Numbered from the stretch's first letter, positions 46,594 through 57,080 are shown. The stretch is DNA of 64,000 nucleotides from an uncultured Myxococcales bacterium (GCA_964460115.1 CAYWPR010000010.1:14730-78729), one strand, 5' to 3'. A program made the numbers and translations. The notes: generated from the sequence alone by a model not told the origin.

Positions 46594-48228
46594 ATGACTA
46601 GCACTGCCCCCGCTGAGAAAAATCCCGCTGAAGGATATTTGATCGAATCAAGCAAGCGGCTGTCCGATTCGATGCTGTGGAATCTGCAGCGCCAGTATTA
46701 CGATCAGCGTGGTCTTAGCGCCTGGGCGTCGGGAGCGGTCCCTTCTTATGTGACCAGCAATCCGTACATCGCCAATGCCTACGCCCAAGTTGTGATGGCT
46801 TTTTTGCGCGATGCAGCAGCCGCGCCGCCAAGTCACAACGGTGCCTGCTTGTTAAAGCGCGACAAACCTATTTACATCGTCGAGCTGGCGGCTGGACATG
46901 GACGCTTTTCTTTCCTGTTTCTAAAAAAACTCCTATCGCTTTTGGCCCAATCGTCATTGCGTGACCTCAACATCCGCTACGTAATGACCGACTTTACCGA
47001 AAGCAATCTGCGCAGTTGGCAGGCCCAGCCGCTGTTTAAGCCCTTCATTGAATCCGGAGTCCTTGACTTCGGACTTTTCGACATCGAAAAAGATACCACG
47101 ATCAAGCTGTGGTACGGCGGACAGCCTTTGACGGCAACCGCCGTTGAGAATCCACTTATCATCATTGGCAACTATATTTTCGATACCTTGACGCAGGATC
47201 TATTCCGCTTTGACAACGGACAGGTTTACGAGATGCGGGTGACCACCTACCACTCGCATCAGCAGGCTCCGGATCTGTCAAATCCTGAGGTCATGTCGCA
47301 GTTCTCAATGACCTACGAACCGCATCTCATTAATCCTGCGACCTATTATTCGGAGCCATTTCTAAACCAATTGCTTTTGGAGTATCGCGATCGTCTAAGC
47401 GATACGACCATTGCCTTGCCGACCGGCGCGCTGCGGGGCATTTTTCGGCTGCTTGAGCTTTCGGGAAAACGCTGCTTGCTGCTTTCTTCCGACAAAGGCT
47501 ACACGCACGAAGATGAGCTGTTTTTCCTGACCAATCAGCACATCCAATTTCACGGCAGCTTGTCGATGATGGTGAACTTTCACTGCATGGGTTTGGCCCT
47601 TGGCCATCCGTCCATAGGCGGTCTCAGCATGGCCACCGCGCAGCGGCACATAAACCTAAAGACTGCGGGTTTTTTGGTTGGGGCCAAAGAGGAGATGTTT
47701 CGCGATACGCTGCTTTGTTTTCGCGAACAGATGGACGTCTTTGGACCCTATGACTTCTACACGCTGACGACGCAGGCTCGGCAAAGCACGCAAAATCCCC
47801 AAATCGAACAAATTTTGTGCCTGCTGCGCCTAAGTCAGTACGATCCGAACTTGGTTCTGGAATTCTCCAAGGAATTGCTCGAGCAAGCACCGGCGCTGAG
47901 CGAGACAATTAAGCAAGAGCTATATCTGGCCCTACTCCGCTGCTGGGAGAATTTTTATCCCTTGGGGCGCGATCTGCCCTTCGAAGTGGCGCGTATCCTT
48001 TTGGCCATGCGCCGTCCCAAAGAAGCCGTCCTATTCAACCAGCACTCGATTGAACTTTTCGGCGAACATCCCGTGACGCTGGGAAACATGGGAATCTGTT
48101 ATTATCACGCCGAAGAGCCCGAAGAAGCACTGCGCTGCTTTGATCTGTCGCTGCACTTGAATCCGAATTATGGACTGCCCAAAGCCTGGAAAGCGCGCCT
48201 AAGCGGCGAAAAAGACCGTCAAGCTTAG
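46594..48228 (+). CDS. Hypothetical protein with an N-terminal SAM-MTase-like (MidA/DUF185-like) region and C-terminal TPR-like repeats
   Basis: A IVELAAGHGRFSFLFL segment is present. C-terminal helical repeats were seen. The assignment is tentative. Confidence 0.45.
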   Translation: MTSTAPAEKNPAEGYLIESSKRLSDSMLWNLQRQYYDQRGLSAWASGAVPSYVTSNPYIANAYAQVVMAFLRDAAAAPPSHNGACLLKRDKPIYIVELAAGHGRFSFLFLKKLLSLLAQSSLRDLNIRYVMTDFTESNLRSWQAQPLFKPFIESGVLDFGLFDIEKDTTIKLWYGGQPLTATAVENPLIIIGNYIFDTLTQDLFRFDNGQVYEMRVTTYHSHQQAPDLSNPEVMSQFSMTYEPHLINPATYYSEPFLNQLLLEYRDRLSDTTIALPTGALRGIFRLLELSGKRCLLLSSDKGYTHEDELFFLTNQHIQFHGSLSMMVNFHCMGLALGHPSIGGLSMATAQRHINLKTAGFLVGAKEEMFRDTLLCFREQMDVFGPYDFYTLTTQARQSTQNPQIEQILCLLRLSQYDPNLVLEFSKELLEQAPALSETIKQELYLALLRCWENFYPLGRDLPFEVARILLAMRRPKEAVLFNQHSIELFGEHPVTLGNMGICYYHAEEPEEALRCFDLSLHLNPNYGLPKAWKARLSGEKDRQA

Positions 48229-48243
48229 TTTAAGTTTCGCACT

Positions 48244-48819
48244 TTATTGTCCGTCGATTTTTTCGAGTTTTTCGTCGATTTTTCGTGCGGACAGCGCCAA
48301 TAACTTGGCGGCCCCGGCCGACACAGAATCGCCAAATTCCCGCGAGCTTTGTTGTAACTGCTTGGCCAGCATCCGCTTCTGCGCGCGACGACGCAGATCA
48401 TCGGGGTTGGGAAAAAGGACGCCGCGCAGGTGCAAAAGCAGCCAGGTCGTCCACAGCACCATGGGCAGCGCCAACCACAGCGGAGTTCCGGTCCACACCC
48501 CCGTAAGAAAAAGGAGTCCATTTAGCGATGCAAAAGCGATAAAGTGCCCAGTCAGACGCCGATAGCCCAGTTGATGAATCTCGTGCTCGGCGGTCAAAAG
48601 CCGCTGGTCGACTTCGTACTGGGCTAGCGCGGTCGTCGCCTGCGCTTCGGAATAGCCAAGTTCCCGCGCGGTTTCGATAAGCTCACCGCGCGTAAAGCCA
48701 TTTCCCTGGGTCTCACTCGCCCCGGCATCCGGAGTTGCCAGTCGCTGCACGCGGCGCAGCACTTCATGCGCTTGCTGCTGGCTGTAGTGTCTTTTCGAAG
48801 TTCGATCTTGCGACGCCAT
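48244..48819 (-). CDS. 2TM-domain membrane protein
   Basis: Two adjacent TM helices are present (FIAFASLNGLLFLTGVW / LWLALPMVLWTTWLLLHL), flanked by charged helical regions. Confidence 0.5.
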   Translation of the reverse strand: MASQDRTSKRHYSQQQAHEVLRRVQRLATPDAGASETQGNGFTRGELIETARELGYSEAQATTALAQYEVDQRLLTAEHEIHQLGYRRLTGHFIAFASLNGLLFLTGVWTGTPLWLALPMVLWTTWLLLHLRGVLFPNPDDLRRRAQKRMLAKQLQQSSREFGDSVSAGAAKLLALSARKIDEKLEKIDGQ

Positions 48820-48947
48820 ATATATTTCAGTCTGCCCCACGCGATTTGACGCGGCAAGCCGCGAACAAGCTGCGCACAAACGCGTACAAGATCGCGCCCT
48901 TGATGCTTGGCGTTGCGCCACAAGCGTGCGAGTATCGTTGCCTCTTC

Positions 48948-50429
48948 ATGCGGCTACGCCAATACGATGATCTAGATGCCCTCGCGCTGGCTGAACTCAT
49001 TGCCAAAAAGGAGCTATCGCCGCAAGAGGTGCTGGAAGCAGCCATCGAGCGCATTACGGAACGCAATCCGCGCCTCAACGCGGTCGTGCATACTTTGTTT
49101 GAACGCGCGCGAGCGCGGGTCGCTGACCTGCCCGATGGCCCTTTGCGTGGTGTGCCTTTTCTGCTCAAAGATTTGAAACTGCAGCTTGCCGGCACGCCGA
49201 CGACAGGCAGCACGCGCCTGGCCATGTCCAAGATTGCGACCCAAAGCAGCGTGCTCACCGAGCGATACGAAGCCGCCGGACTGCAGATTCTGGGCAAGAC
49301 CAATACTCCAGAGCTTGGCATCATGGGGGTTACTGAGCCGGCCGTTCGTGGTCCTTGCAAAAATCCCTGGAACTTGGCCCATACCTCGGGCGGCAGTTCC
49401 GGAGGCGCAGCCGCAGCAGTAGCAGCGCGCATGGTCCCCATTGCCCATGGCGGCGACGGCGGAGGCTCTATTCGCATTCCGGCCTCGGCCTGCGGTTTGT
49501 TTGGATTAAAACCCACCCGCGGTCGCGTGACGATGGCGCCTTTTGCCGGGGAAGGATGGGGCGGATTTGTGCAAGAGCACGTGCTAAGCCGCTCGGTGCG
49601 CGACAGCGCAGCGCTGCTTGACATTGCCGATCCGCCCACCCCGGGCGAGCCTTATGGAGTTCCGGCCAAAGCCCGACCGTGGCTGGAAGAAGTCGGACGA
49701 GATCCTGGAAAGCTGCGCATCGCCTTCAGCAAACAGCCTTTTTATAGCGGTCAAACCCATCCAGACTGTGCAGCCGCTGTAGATGATTCCATCAAGCTGC
49801 TTAGCAGCCTTGGCCACGAAGTGGTTGAAGCTCGTCCCGCATTTTCGCGACAAGACATGGTCGCTGCCTACTTTTTGACGGTGGCCGTCCACGTTGCGCG
49901 GACTGTGGAGCAAATCAGCCAAGAAGCCGGCAAAAAGACGCCCGATGCGGCCGACTTTGAAGCGGTGACTTATCTTTTGGCATGCATCGGCTGGAAAACC
50001 AGCGCCCCCAAACTGCTGGCCGCGCAGCAGCTTATGCAAAAAACCGCACGCGACGTCGCAGGCTTTTTTCAGCAGTACGATATGCTGCTGACGCCGACTC
50101 TGGCCCAGCCGCCTGTGCGCATTGGGCAACTTGAAATGACGCGCAGCGAGCTTTTGCAATTGGCGATACTGCGCACCCTGCCCCTTGGCAAGCTGCTCGA
50201 TCTGGCATTGCACAACATGGGCGGCGCCAAGCTGGCCTATACGCCCAACACCCAGCTATACAATCAGATTGGTCAGCCGGCGATGAGCGTGCCGCTTTTC
50301 ACAAACGCGCAAGGACTGCCCATCGGAGTGCAGTTTGGCGCCGGCTTTGGAGAGGAAGCGAAGCTATTTCGTTTGGCGGCGCAGCTTGAAGCCGCCCGAC
50401 CTTGGGCAACGCGCAAGCCCCCCCTCTAA
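48948..50429 (+). CDS. Amidase (amidase-signature family, GatA-like)
   Basis: The amidase signature GGSSGGAAAAVAARMVPIAHGGDGGGSIRIPASACGLFGLKPTRG is present with a Ser-cisSer-Lys context. Confidence 0.85.
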   Translation: MRLRQYDDLDALALAELIAKKELSPQEVLEAAIERITERNPRLNAVVHTLFERARARVADLPDGPLRGVPFLLKDLKLQLAGTPTTGSTRLAMSKIATQSSVLTERYEAAGLQILGKTNTPELGIMGVTEPAVRGPCKNPWNLAHTSGGSSGGAAAAVAARMVPIAHGGDGGGSIRIPASACGLFGLKPTRGRVTMAPFAGEGWGGFVQEHVLSRSVRDSAALLDIADPPTPGEPYGVPAKARPWLEEVGRDPGKLRIAFSKQPFYSGQTHPDCAAAVDDSIKLLSSLGHEVVEARPAFSRQDMVAAYFLTVAVHVARTVEQISQEAGKKTPDAADFEAVTYLLACIGWKTSAPKLLAAQQLMQKTARDVAGFFQQYDMLLTPTLAQPPVRIGQLEMTRSELLQLAILRTLPLGKLLDLALHNMGGAKLAYTPNTQLYNQIGQPAMSVPLFTNAQGLPIGVQFGAGFGEEAKLFRLAAQLEAARPWATRKPPL

Positions 50430-50466
50430 TTCACATTCACAGGTTGGTTACAGCCCCGGAGACATC

Positions 50467-51027
50467 GTGGGATACATCTTTCACCCCGAAAAAATTCACG
50501 AAATCAGCAAACGTGGCATCGGTCTGCCACATCGTCAGATGTGCCAAGCAATCGTCGATGGTCTATCGCAGGAATATCGAAATCACATCGATGAAAATCC
50601 GCGCTGGATGTTCAATATGGCGGCGGGCGCCACCGGCTGCATGGCGCTACTGCATTGCTCGCTGACCGAATACATCATGATCTTCGGTTCGGCCATCGGC
50701 ACCGAAGGATATTCCGGCCGCTATCACCTGGACATCTACGATTCGGTGGTGGCCGGTGAAATGTGGACTTGTACCGAGGCCCAATTGCACGAAAAGCAGG
50801 TACATAGTCCCGGAGAGCTTGCTCACCTGCCGCGCCGCAGCACCAAAGCTTATCGCATCATCGACGGAACTTGGATGGTCGAGTATGGCCGAGGCCTGAT
50901 TCCTACGGCGCTTCCAGTAGGACTGGCCGATGCGGCTTTTAGCGCCATGGATGCGCGAACCATTTGGAAAACGCTGGTCAGCTACGCCCGACTGGCGACG
51001 CGCGAACTGGCGCAGGGCAAGATTTGA
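50467..51027 (+). CDS. ERG2 / sigma-1 receptor family protein (bacterial homolog, no N-terminal TM). The GTG at 50467 follows a GGAGA RBS; the alternative start is the ATG at 50539.
   Basis: Strong block similarity to sigma-1R/ERG2: LLHCSLTEYIMIFGSAIGTEGYSGRY, WMVEYGRGLIPTALPVGLADAAFSAMDARTIWKTLVSYARL. Confidence 0.7.
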   Translation: MGYIFHPEKIHEISKRGIGLPHRQMCQAIVDGLSQEYRNHIDENPRWMFNMAAGATGCMALLHCSLTEYIMIFGSAIGTEGYSGRYHLDIYDSVVAGEMWTCTEAQLHEKQVHSPGELAHLPRRSTKAYRIIDGTWMVEYGRGLIPTALPVGLADAAFSAMDARTIWKTLVSYARLATRELAQGKI

Positions 51028-51055
51028 TGCGGAGCGGACAAAGTAGGCGTACCTG

Positions 51056-52876
51056 ATGATCATCTTGGGCCTTAACGCCTACCATGGCGATGCCAGCGCG
51101 GCCTTGCTAGTCAATGGCGATTTGGTCGGAGCCGTCGAAGAAGAACGCCTGAACCGGCAAAAACACTGCGCCGGCTTTCCCAAGTTGGCAGTGGCAAGCT
51201 GTTTGTCGCTAGCACCGGCCGAAATTTCGGCGCAGGACATCGATCACGTCGCAATCTCACGCGATCCGCGGGCCCAGATTTTGCGCAAAGCCGCTTATCT
51301 AAGCGGTCAAGCATTGCACTTGGTCCTTTCGCCTGCTGCGCAAAGCCACCGCGCGAATTTTTTGGCAACGCTGCGCCAGCGTCTTTCCAATCGCCAGCGC
51401 TTGCACAAGCTGCACAACGTTCTGGCGGCGGCGCTTAGCGTTTCTCCGCAGCATCTGCGCGCCAAATTTCATGCCGTCGAGCATCATCGCGCCCATCTTG
51501 GCAGTGCATTTTTCGCTTCGGAATTTTCCGAAGCGGCGGTGCTGTCTCTGGATGGCTTTGGCGATTTTGTATCGACGATGTGGGGCATCGGCCGCGATAG
51601 GCACATCGATGTGCTGGGCGAGGTTTGCTTTCCTCATTCCCTGGGCGTGCTTTATACCGCTGTCTGCCAGTGGCTCGGTTTTGCCAAGTATGGCGATGAA
51701 GGCAAGGTCATGGGACTGTCGGCCTATGGCCGTCCGCGTCATCTTGAAAGGATGCGGGCGCTTTTGCAGCTAGGCGACTCGGATACCGGCCATTTCGCGC
51801 TGAATTTGCGCTACTTTCGCCATCATCGCGCAGGCGTGGACATGAGCTTTTTGGACGGAACGCCCAGCCTTGGCAAGCTGTATGCGCCAGCGCTCTGCGA
51901 ACTTTTGGGCGCGCCCCGTCCGCCCGGACCCGACATCGAAAAAGAGGAGTATTTCTGCGATGTGGCGGCCAGTCTGCAAGCCTTGCTGGAAGAGGCAGTC
52001 CTGCACATCTGCAAAGCGCTGTACCGGCGAACCGGACTGCGCCGTCTGTGTCTGGCCGGCGGAGTCGCTTTAAACTGCGTGGCCAACGGACGAATTCTTG
52101 ATGAAAGCGGATTTCGCGAGCTCTTTATTCAACCAGCAGCCGGCGACAATGGCACGGCGCTCGGCGCAGCGCTGTGGGTCGAGCATCAGATTCTTGGCCG
52201 ACCGCGCCGCTTTGTCATGCGACATGCCTACACCGGCCCGCAATTTGATGAAGCTGCCTGCCGCGCCGCGGTGAAACAATTTCGCAAAGATTTTTCGTGC
52301 GACTGGCCTCTCGAACGACTCAGCGAATTCGAACGCGTCGAGCGCGCCGCCAGCGCCATCGCCGATGGCGCCGTGCTCGGCTGGTATCAGGGGCGCATGG
52401 AATTTGGTCCGCGGGCGCTAGGACATCGCAGCATTTTGTGCGATCCGCGCAATCCGCAAATCAAAGAAGTACTCAACCGTCGCATCAAGCATCGCGAGCC
52501 ATTTCGCCCATTTGCTCCCTCGGTGCTTGCCGACCAAGCGGCGGACTGGTTCGAGCGCGGCGCTCCCTCGCCAGCTATGTTGCTAGTGGACCGCGTGCGC
52601 CAAGAACGGTGGGCCCTTGTGCCGGCGGTGACCCATCAAGATGGAACCGCGCGGCTTCAGACTGTATCCGCCGAATCTAGCCCGCTTTATTACGCGCTGC
52701 TGCAAGCTTTTTGGCGCCGCACCGGAGTGCCCATGCTGCTAAACACGTCCTTTAACGAGCACGAACCCATCGTCTGTACCCCCGCCGAGGCGCTGCACTG
52801 CTTTGCCAAAACCCACATGGACGTGCTGGTTCTAGGTCCGTTTTATATCGAACGCCCCGGCTGGCATCCGCAATGA
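51056..52876 (+). CDS. Carbamoyltransferase (NodU/CmcH family)
   Basis: The N-terminal block MIILGLNAYHGDASAALLVNGDLVGAVEEERLNRQKH is present, along with the conserved C-terminal domain. Confidence 0.85.
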   Translation: MIILGLNAYHGDASAALLVNGDLVGAVEEERLNRQKHCAGFPKLAVASCLSLAPAEISAQDIDHVAISRDPRAQILRKAAYLSGQALHLVLSPAAQSHRANFLATLRQRLSNRQRLHKLHNVLAAALSVSPQHLRAKFHAVEHHRAHLGSAFFASEFSEAAVLSLDGFGDFVSTMWGIGRDRHIDVLGEVCFPHSLGVLYTAVCQWLGFAKYGDEGKVMGLSAYGRPRHLERMRALLQLGDSDTGHFALNLRYFRHHRAGVDMSFLDGTPSLGKLYAPALCELLGAPRPPGPDIEKEEYFCDVAASLQALLEEAVLHICKALYRRTGLRRLCLAGGVALNCVANGRILDESGFRELFIQPAAGDNGTALGAALWVEHQILGRPRRFVMRHAYTGPQFDEAACRAAVKQFRKDFSCDWPLERLSEFERVERAASAIADGAVLGWYQGRMEFGPRALGHRSILCDPRNPQIKEVLNRRIKHREPFRPFAPSVLADQAADWFERGAPSPAMLLVDRVRQERWALVPAVTHQDGTARLQTVSAESSPLYYALLQAFWRRTGVPMLLNTSFNEHEPIVCTPAEALHCFAKTHMDVLVLGPFYIERPGWHPQ

Positions 52877-52880
52877 AGGC

Positions 52881-53789
52881 TTAGGGTTTGGAAGCGGACG
52901 GGACCAAAGTCGCGTCCGCATGCAAAGTTCGCGCTTCTTCGGCTTTGCTGAAACGCTTGGCCTCTTCCCAGTAAACATTCATTTGTTCAAGCGTCAGATT
53001 TTTCAACTCGTGCCCGTCGCGGCGGGCACTGCTCTCGACAGAGCCAAAACGGCGACAAAAACGCTGGTTGGCGGCGCGCAAAGCTTCCTCGGGCCCAATG
53101 CCGAGCTTGGCCCCGAGCCGAGTCAGCGTAAATAGCAGATCGCCCAGCTCATGCACCATTGCCGAGCGGTCTCCTTGCGCAATGGCTTCATCGAGTTCGG
53201 CCAATTCCTCGTCGACTTTTTCGCGAACTCCACCCAGTTTGGGCCAGTCAAAGCCCACCGCCGCGGCTTTTTCGCCCAGTCGCTGCGCGCGCAAAAGCGC
53301 CGGCAAGGCCTGCGGCACGCCATCCACCGCGCTGCCCTGCTTGCCAGCGGCTTTTTTCTCTTCCTGTTTCAGCCGCTGCCAGGCCACAAGCTGCTCTGCC
53401 GAGTCCTTGATGATTGCATCGCCGAATATGTGCGGATGTCGACGCACCATCTTTTCGACCAAGGTTTTGCAGACATCGTCAATGTTGAAGTCTCCTTGGC
53501 GCTCACGCAGGCCCGCTTGAAAAACCACTTGAAACAGCAGATCACCAAGCTCCTCGCGATGACCCGCAACATTTCCTTCTTCGAGTGCCTCTAGAACCTC
53601 ATAGGCTTCTTCGATGAGGTAGGGCCGCAGCGATTCCAGGGTCTGCTCGCGATCCCAAGGGCAACCGTTTTCTGCCAGCAAGCGATTTAGCAGGGCAACT
53701 ACCTCGCCAAAGCGATCGCCGCCGCCGGGCAGCAACGAAACAGATGTAGCGTTCGCGGCGGACGCCGCAGTTTCACGGGTCGTGGTCAT
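52881..53789 (-). CDS. mazG: Nucleoside triphosphate pyrophosphohydrolase MazG (tandem MazG domains)
   Basis: Motifs present: NGCPWDREQTLESLRPYLIEEAYEVLEA and HELGDLLF in the second domain. The ATG at 53789 was chosen. Confidence 0.9.
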   Translation of the reverse strand: MTTTRETAASAANATSVSLLPGGGDRFGEVVALLNRLLAENGCPWDREQTLESLRPYLIEEAYEVLEALEEGNVAGHREELGDLLFQVVFQAGLRERQGDFNIDDVCKTLVEKMVRRHPHIFGDAIIKDSAEQLVAWQRLKQEEKKAAGKQGSAVDGVPQALPALLRAQRLGEKAAAVGFDWPKLGGVREKVDEELAELDEAIAQGDRSAMVHELGDLLFTLTRLGAKLGIGPEEALRAANQRFCRRFGSVESSARRDGHELKNLTLEQMNVYWEEAKRFSKAEEARTLHADATLVPSASKP

Positions 53790-53905
53790 TCGACAAGTCC
53801 GTTTTAGAGGTTGCGCGGACAATAGTCGTCCGCCGCTGTGCTGGCAAGTTCGGACATACAAGACTTGGTGAGGATGCCTGAATGGGGCTACCATGGAAAC
53901 AACCT

Positions 53906-56284
53906 ATGAATTTCTCCCGGCGTGCCTTGTTGGCACTGGCGCCCTTGTGCCTTGTCGCGGCCTGCGCCGCTCCAGTGCGCGTCGCAGAAAAGCCGCCCTC
54001 GACAGCTTTCGTACCGACCGGCGCGGCGCCCCCCGGCAATGCGGCAGCCGTCCCCCCCGGCAATCTTTCAGCCATCAAAGGCGACGAAGACGCCGAGCGC
54101 ATGCGCCAAACGCTGGACGCGCTTTTCGAAAACGATCCCGCACGTCCCGCCCTATTTCGCGCCCTGCTCGATTACTACGTCGAGCAGGCCAAGGTCGCCC
54201 TTTTGCGCAAACAAAGCGAAGAAGCCTATCAAAGCTTTGAAACCGCTTTGACGCTTTTTGCCGTCTCTGATCTGCAAAATCTGCCGCCGCCGCCAGTCGC
54301 ACCGGATCTTTTAACCGTCGCGCGGCAGCTCGATCGTATCTATAGCCGCCGCGGCGCCCATCCGCAGGTCATCACCGCGATGATGGTGCAAATGACGCTG
54401 CAACCAAGCGACCCGGAACTGCAGCGCCGCTACGCCGAAATCAGCGCCTGGCTAAATAGCCAAAACGAGGGCCTGCCCAGTCTGATGCGCGGCCGAGGCG
54501 GGACCTTGTCCAATTTGCTTGCGGCACCACCGCCAACGCTGCAATTCGATTTGGAACAGACCTACAAAGTCTGGCCGGTGCCCAAGATTCGCGACGAGCT
54601 TGTGGCCATCTATCGCGCCGATGCCGCCGGCAGCATGACGGGCGGCAAAAAATCCTCCAAGGATTTTTTGCAGTCTTTGTCTGCGAGCCTGCGCCGCAAA
54701 GGCTTGACCAATGGACCGGCATTTAAGATTGCGCGGCTCTACCTGCGCGTATCTAAGCCCCAGGAAGCCGTGGCCGCCATCAAGCAACTGGCGCGCTTGT
54801 CGGCCGAAGATGCCAAGCTTTTGGCGCTTTTGGAAGAAACGCTCGGCCGGCCGGCCGGCCCCGGCGAAACCGAAGAAAGACTGGTTCCGGCAATCAAACT
54901 GGCCATGTCGATGGCGCAAAATCCTGAAGATATCGAAGTCAGCTTGCAAATTTGCCAGGACATTGCGCGGCGTGCGCCGAATCTGCCGAGCGCCCATACC
55001 TGCGTTGGCGAGTTGGCGCTGGTGATGGAAAAAAAAGGGCTGGCGCTTACTGCCTTTGAACGCGTGCGCGCACTTCTGCCCGGCGAACGCGGCGTATGGG
55101 ACATGGTCGGCCGCCTTTACGTGGACAAACTCAGCGACTTGGTCATCGATGAACGTACTGCCTATTTGGAAGACGCGCTCAAACAGGTTGAAGCGTTTTA
55201 CCAAAGCATGCGCAAACAGTTTCCGCAGAATCCGCCTACAGCCGGAATCGCGGTTGCCCTGGCCGAGGTAGGTCGCGGCTATTACAACGCCGGGCGCATT
55301 GCGGATGCGCTGCGATATCTTGAGCGTTCGATTGCCGTGGAACCAAATGCCCTGGCGCTTGAGCAACTGGGAATCTTGCTATTGCGCCGCGGCGAATACG
55401 AACGGGCGGCGCAAACGCTCGAGCGAGCACGCGCGGTGTTTACGGCCAATCAGCAGGCCGATCCAAGCGCTCGGATGCTCTTTTTCGCCCGCATGGGCCG
55501 ATTGGTGGCGGAAGCGCTAGAGATGCATCCGCAGCTTGCAGTGAAGCGCCAAGCGGCTGAAGTACGCGAGCGGACGCTGCGCCAGTTTGAGCAACTTTTG
55601 GATAGCAACCGACTAAGCAGCAGCCGCGCTGGAGAGGCGGAAATCGAACGCGGCAAGCTGCTTTACGAAAATGGGCAACGTGAACAGGCGCTAGAAGCCT
55701 TTCGCCGTGCTGCCGACGCCACGGGGGCTGATGAACCGCAAGGCCGCAGCCAGGGACAGCCCTACGTCGATATGATGGCGTTTTTGATACCTCGCGGTGA
55801 AATCGAAGAATCGGTCAGCATGTACCATCGCGCTTTGGGACGAGTACGCCTGTCCGAAGCCATGAAGGTCTACACGTCGCTATGGGTCAGCGACATTTTG
55901 GCCCGCGCCGGCCAACCCGCCGATCCGTTGACGGAAGCGGTCTTTGCCGCGGTGCAAGGCGGCAAATGGCCCACGGACCTGGCGCGTTGGGCAAACGGCA
56001 GGCTCAGCGAATCCGAACTTTTGATCCGTGCCGATACGCCTGGCAAACAGGCAGAAGCCAATTTTTATCTGGGAATGGCGCATCTGCGGGCTGGAGAGCG
56101 ACCACAAGCGGAAGCCTGCTGGCGCAAGGTTCTGGAGACGCAGATGTTCGGGTACTTCGAATACGAAATGGCCAGCCTCTATTTGCGGCAAAAAGGCGCA
56201 CCCACCGCGCCGGTCCCGGCAGTGACTGTACCCGCTTCGACGCGCGCCACTCCTTCCGTGCGAACTCCAGCCGGAAGCATTTAG
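53906..56284 (+). CDS. Large lipoprotein with TPR-like helical repeats
   Basis: A signal peptide with lipobox LVAAC is present. The remainder is helical repeat content. Confidence 0.55.
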   Translation: MNFSRRALLALAPLCLVAACAAPVRVAEKPPSTAFVPTGAAPPGNAAAVPPGNLSAIKGDEDAERMRQTLDALFENDPARPALFRALLDYYVEQAKVALLRKQSEEAYQSFETALTLFAVSDLQNLPPPPVAPDLLTVARQLDRIYSRRGAHPQVITAMMVQMTLQPSDPELQRRYAEISAWLNSQNEGLPSLMRGRGGTLSNLLAAPPPTLQFDLEQTYKVWPVPKIRDELVAIYRADAAGSMTGGKKSSKDFLQSLSASLRRKGLTNGPAFKIARLYLRVSKPQEAVAAIKQLARLSAEDAKLLALLEETLGRPAGPGETEERLVPAIKLAMSMAQNPEDIEVSLQICQDIARRAPNLPSAHTCVGELALVMEKKGLALTAFERVRALLPGERGVWDMVGRLYVDKLSDLVIDERTAYLEDALKQVEAFYQSMRKQFPQNPPTAGIAVALAEVGRGYYNAGRIADALRYLERSIAVEPNALALEQLGILLLRRGEYERAAQTLERARAVFTANQQADPSARMLFFARMGRLVAEALEMHPQLAVKRQAAEVRERTLRQFEQLLDSNRLSSSRAGEAEIERGKLLYENGQREQALEAFRRAADATGADEPQGRSQGQPYVDMMAFLIPRGEIEESVSMYHRALGRVRLSEAMKVYTSLWVSDILARAGQPADPLTEAVFAAVQGGKWPTDLARWANGRLSESELLIRADTPGKQAEANFYLGMAHLRAGERPQAEACWRKVLETQMFGYFEYEMASLYLRQKGAPTAPVPAVTVPASTRATPSVRTPAGSI

Positions 56285-56301
56285 CGCAAACAGCCGCCCG
56301 C

Positions 56302-57030
56302 TCAAACAGTCGTCAGCGCAAACAATTCGACATCTACGCCGGGGCTGAAGTAGTCCGCGGTGCGCTGCTCGCCGTGTGCAATCTGTGCAGCAGATAGCAG
56401 CGTCTCTTCTATTTGGTGAACGCGCGCTTTGTGCAAAGGATAGGGCCGGTGATGAACCTGGCCGCGAAACAAACGACCGCTGGCGCTAGTCGCATACAGA
56501 AAATAGCGCTCGGCCAGAAAAAACTGCAAAGTTCCTACCTGGCTGGACGGCAGCACCTCTTCTACGGTGTACTGCAGATTCAAGCGTGCCTCGCCGCTGT
56601 GGCGCCGGCTTTGATAGTGCACCGTAGAACCATCGACGCGCAGGTCCATCGTCGCGTAGTGGTAGGGCAGATGGAAAAACGTTCGCGCGGCGTACACCGC
56701 CAGCCGATTGGCGGCATCGAGGCTGAAAAACCAGACGCCGGGATTGCCGCCTTCGTGCAAAACATAGGTGCGAACGTTGGTTTCGTGAAAATTGGCGGTT
56801 CCCGGAATCGCCGGCAGAAACCGAAACGGACGCACATTTTGCATCGTAAACGGAACCAGTCCGACGTAAGCGCGCCCCTCATAAGTATCAATGTCTAGCG
56901 ATTTGGGAACAAGGGAGCGCAAAAGTGCAACCGGCACTTCCCAATGCAAAAATAGCAAGCTGCGCCATTGCTGGTAGCCTTGCGGTGGACCAGCCGGGCG
57001 CTTTGTCGGTGTGATTCGATCAATGGTCAT
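56302..57030 (-). CDS. DUF2071 (YqjF-like) family protein
   Basis: Family blocks present: WRSLLFLHWEVP...YVGLVPFTM.NVRP...ETNVRTYV. Confidence 0.7.
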   Translation of the reverse strand: MTIDRITPTKRPAGPPQGYQQWRSLLFLHWEVPVALLRSLVPKSLDIDTYEGRAYVGLVPFTMQNVRPFRFLPAIPGTANFHETNVRTYVLHEGGNPGVWFFSLDAANRLAVYAARTFFHLPYHYATMDLRVDGSTVHYQSRRHSGEARLNLQYTVEEVLPSSQVGTLQFFLAERYFLYATSASGRLFRGQVHHRPYPLHKARVHQIEETLLSAAQIAHGEQRTADYFSPGVDVELFALTTV

Positions 57031-57080
57031 GACGGCAATTCCTATATCGGATTCGAAACAGTGCCGAAATTGTCGAAAGC

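Noticed and set aside
46594-48228. Calling this protein a bona fide MidA/NDUFAF7 methyltransferase
   Set aside because: Only one glycine-rich block (ELAAGHGRF) resembles motif I. The rest could not be matched by eye. It is kept as a tentative MTase-like hypothetical protein.
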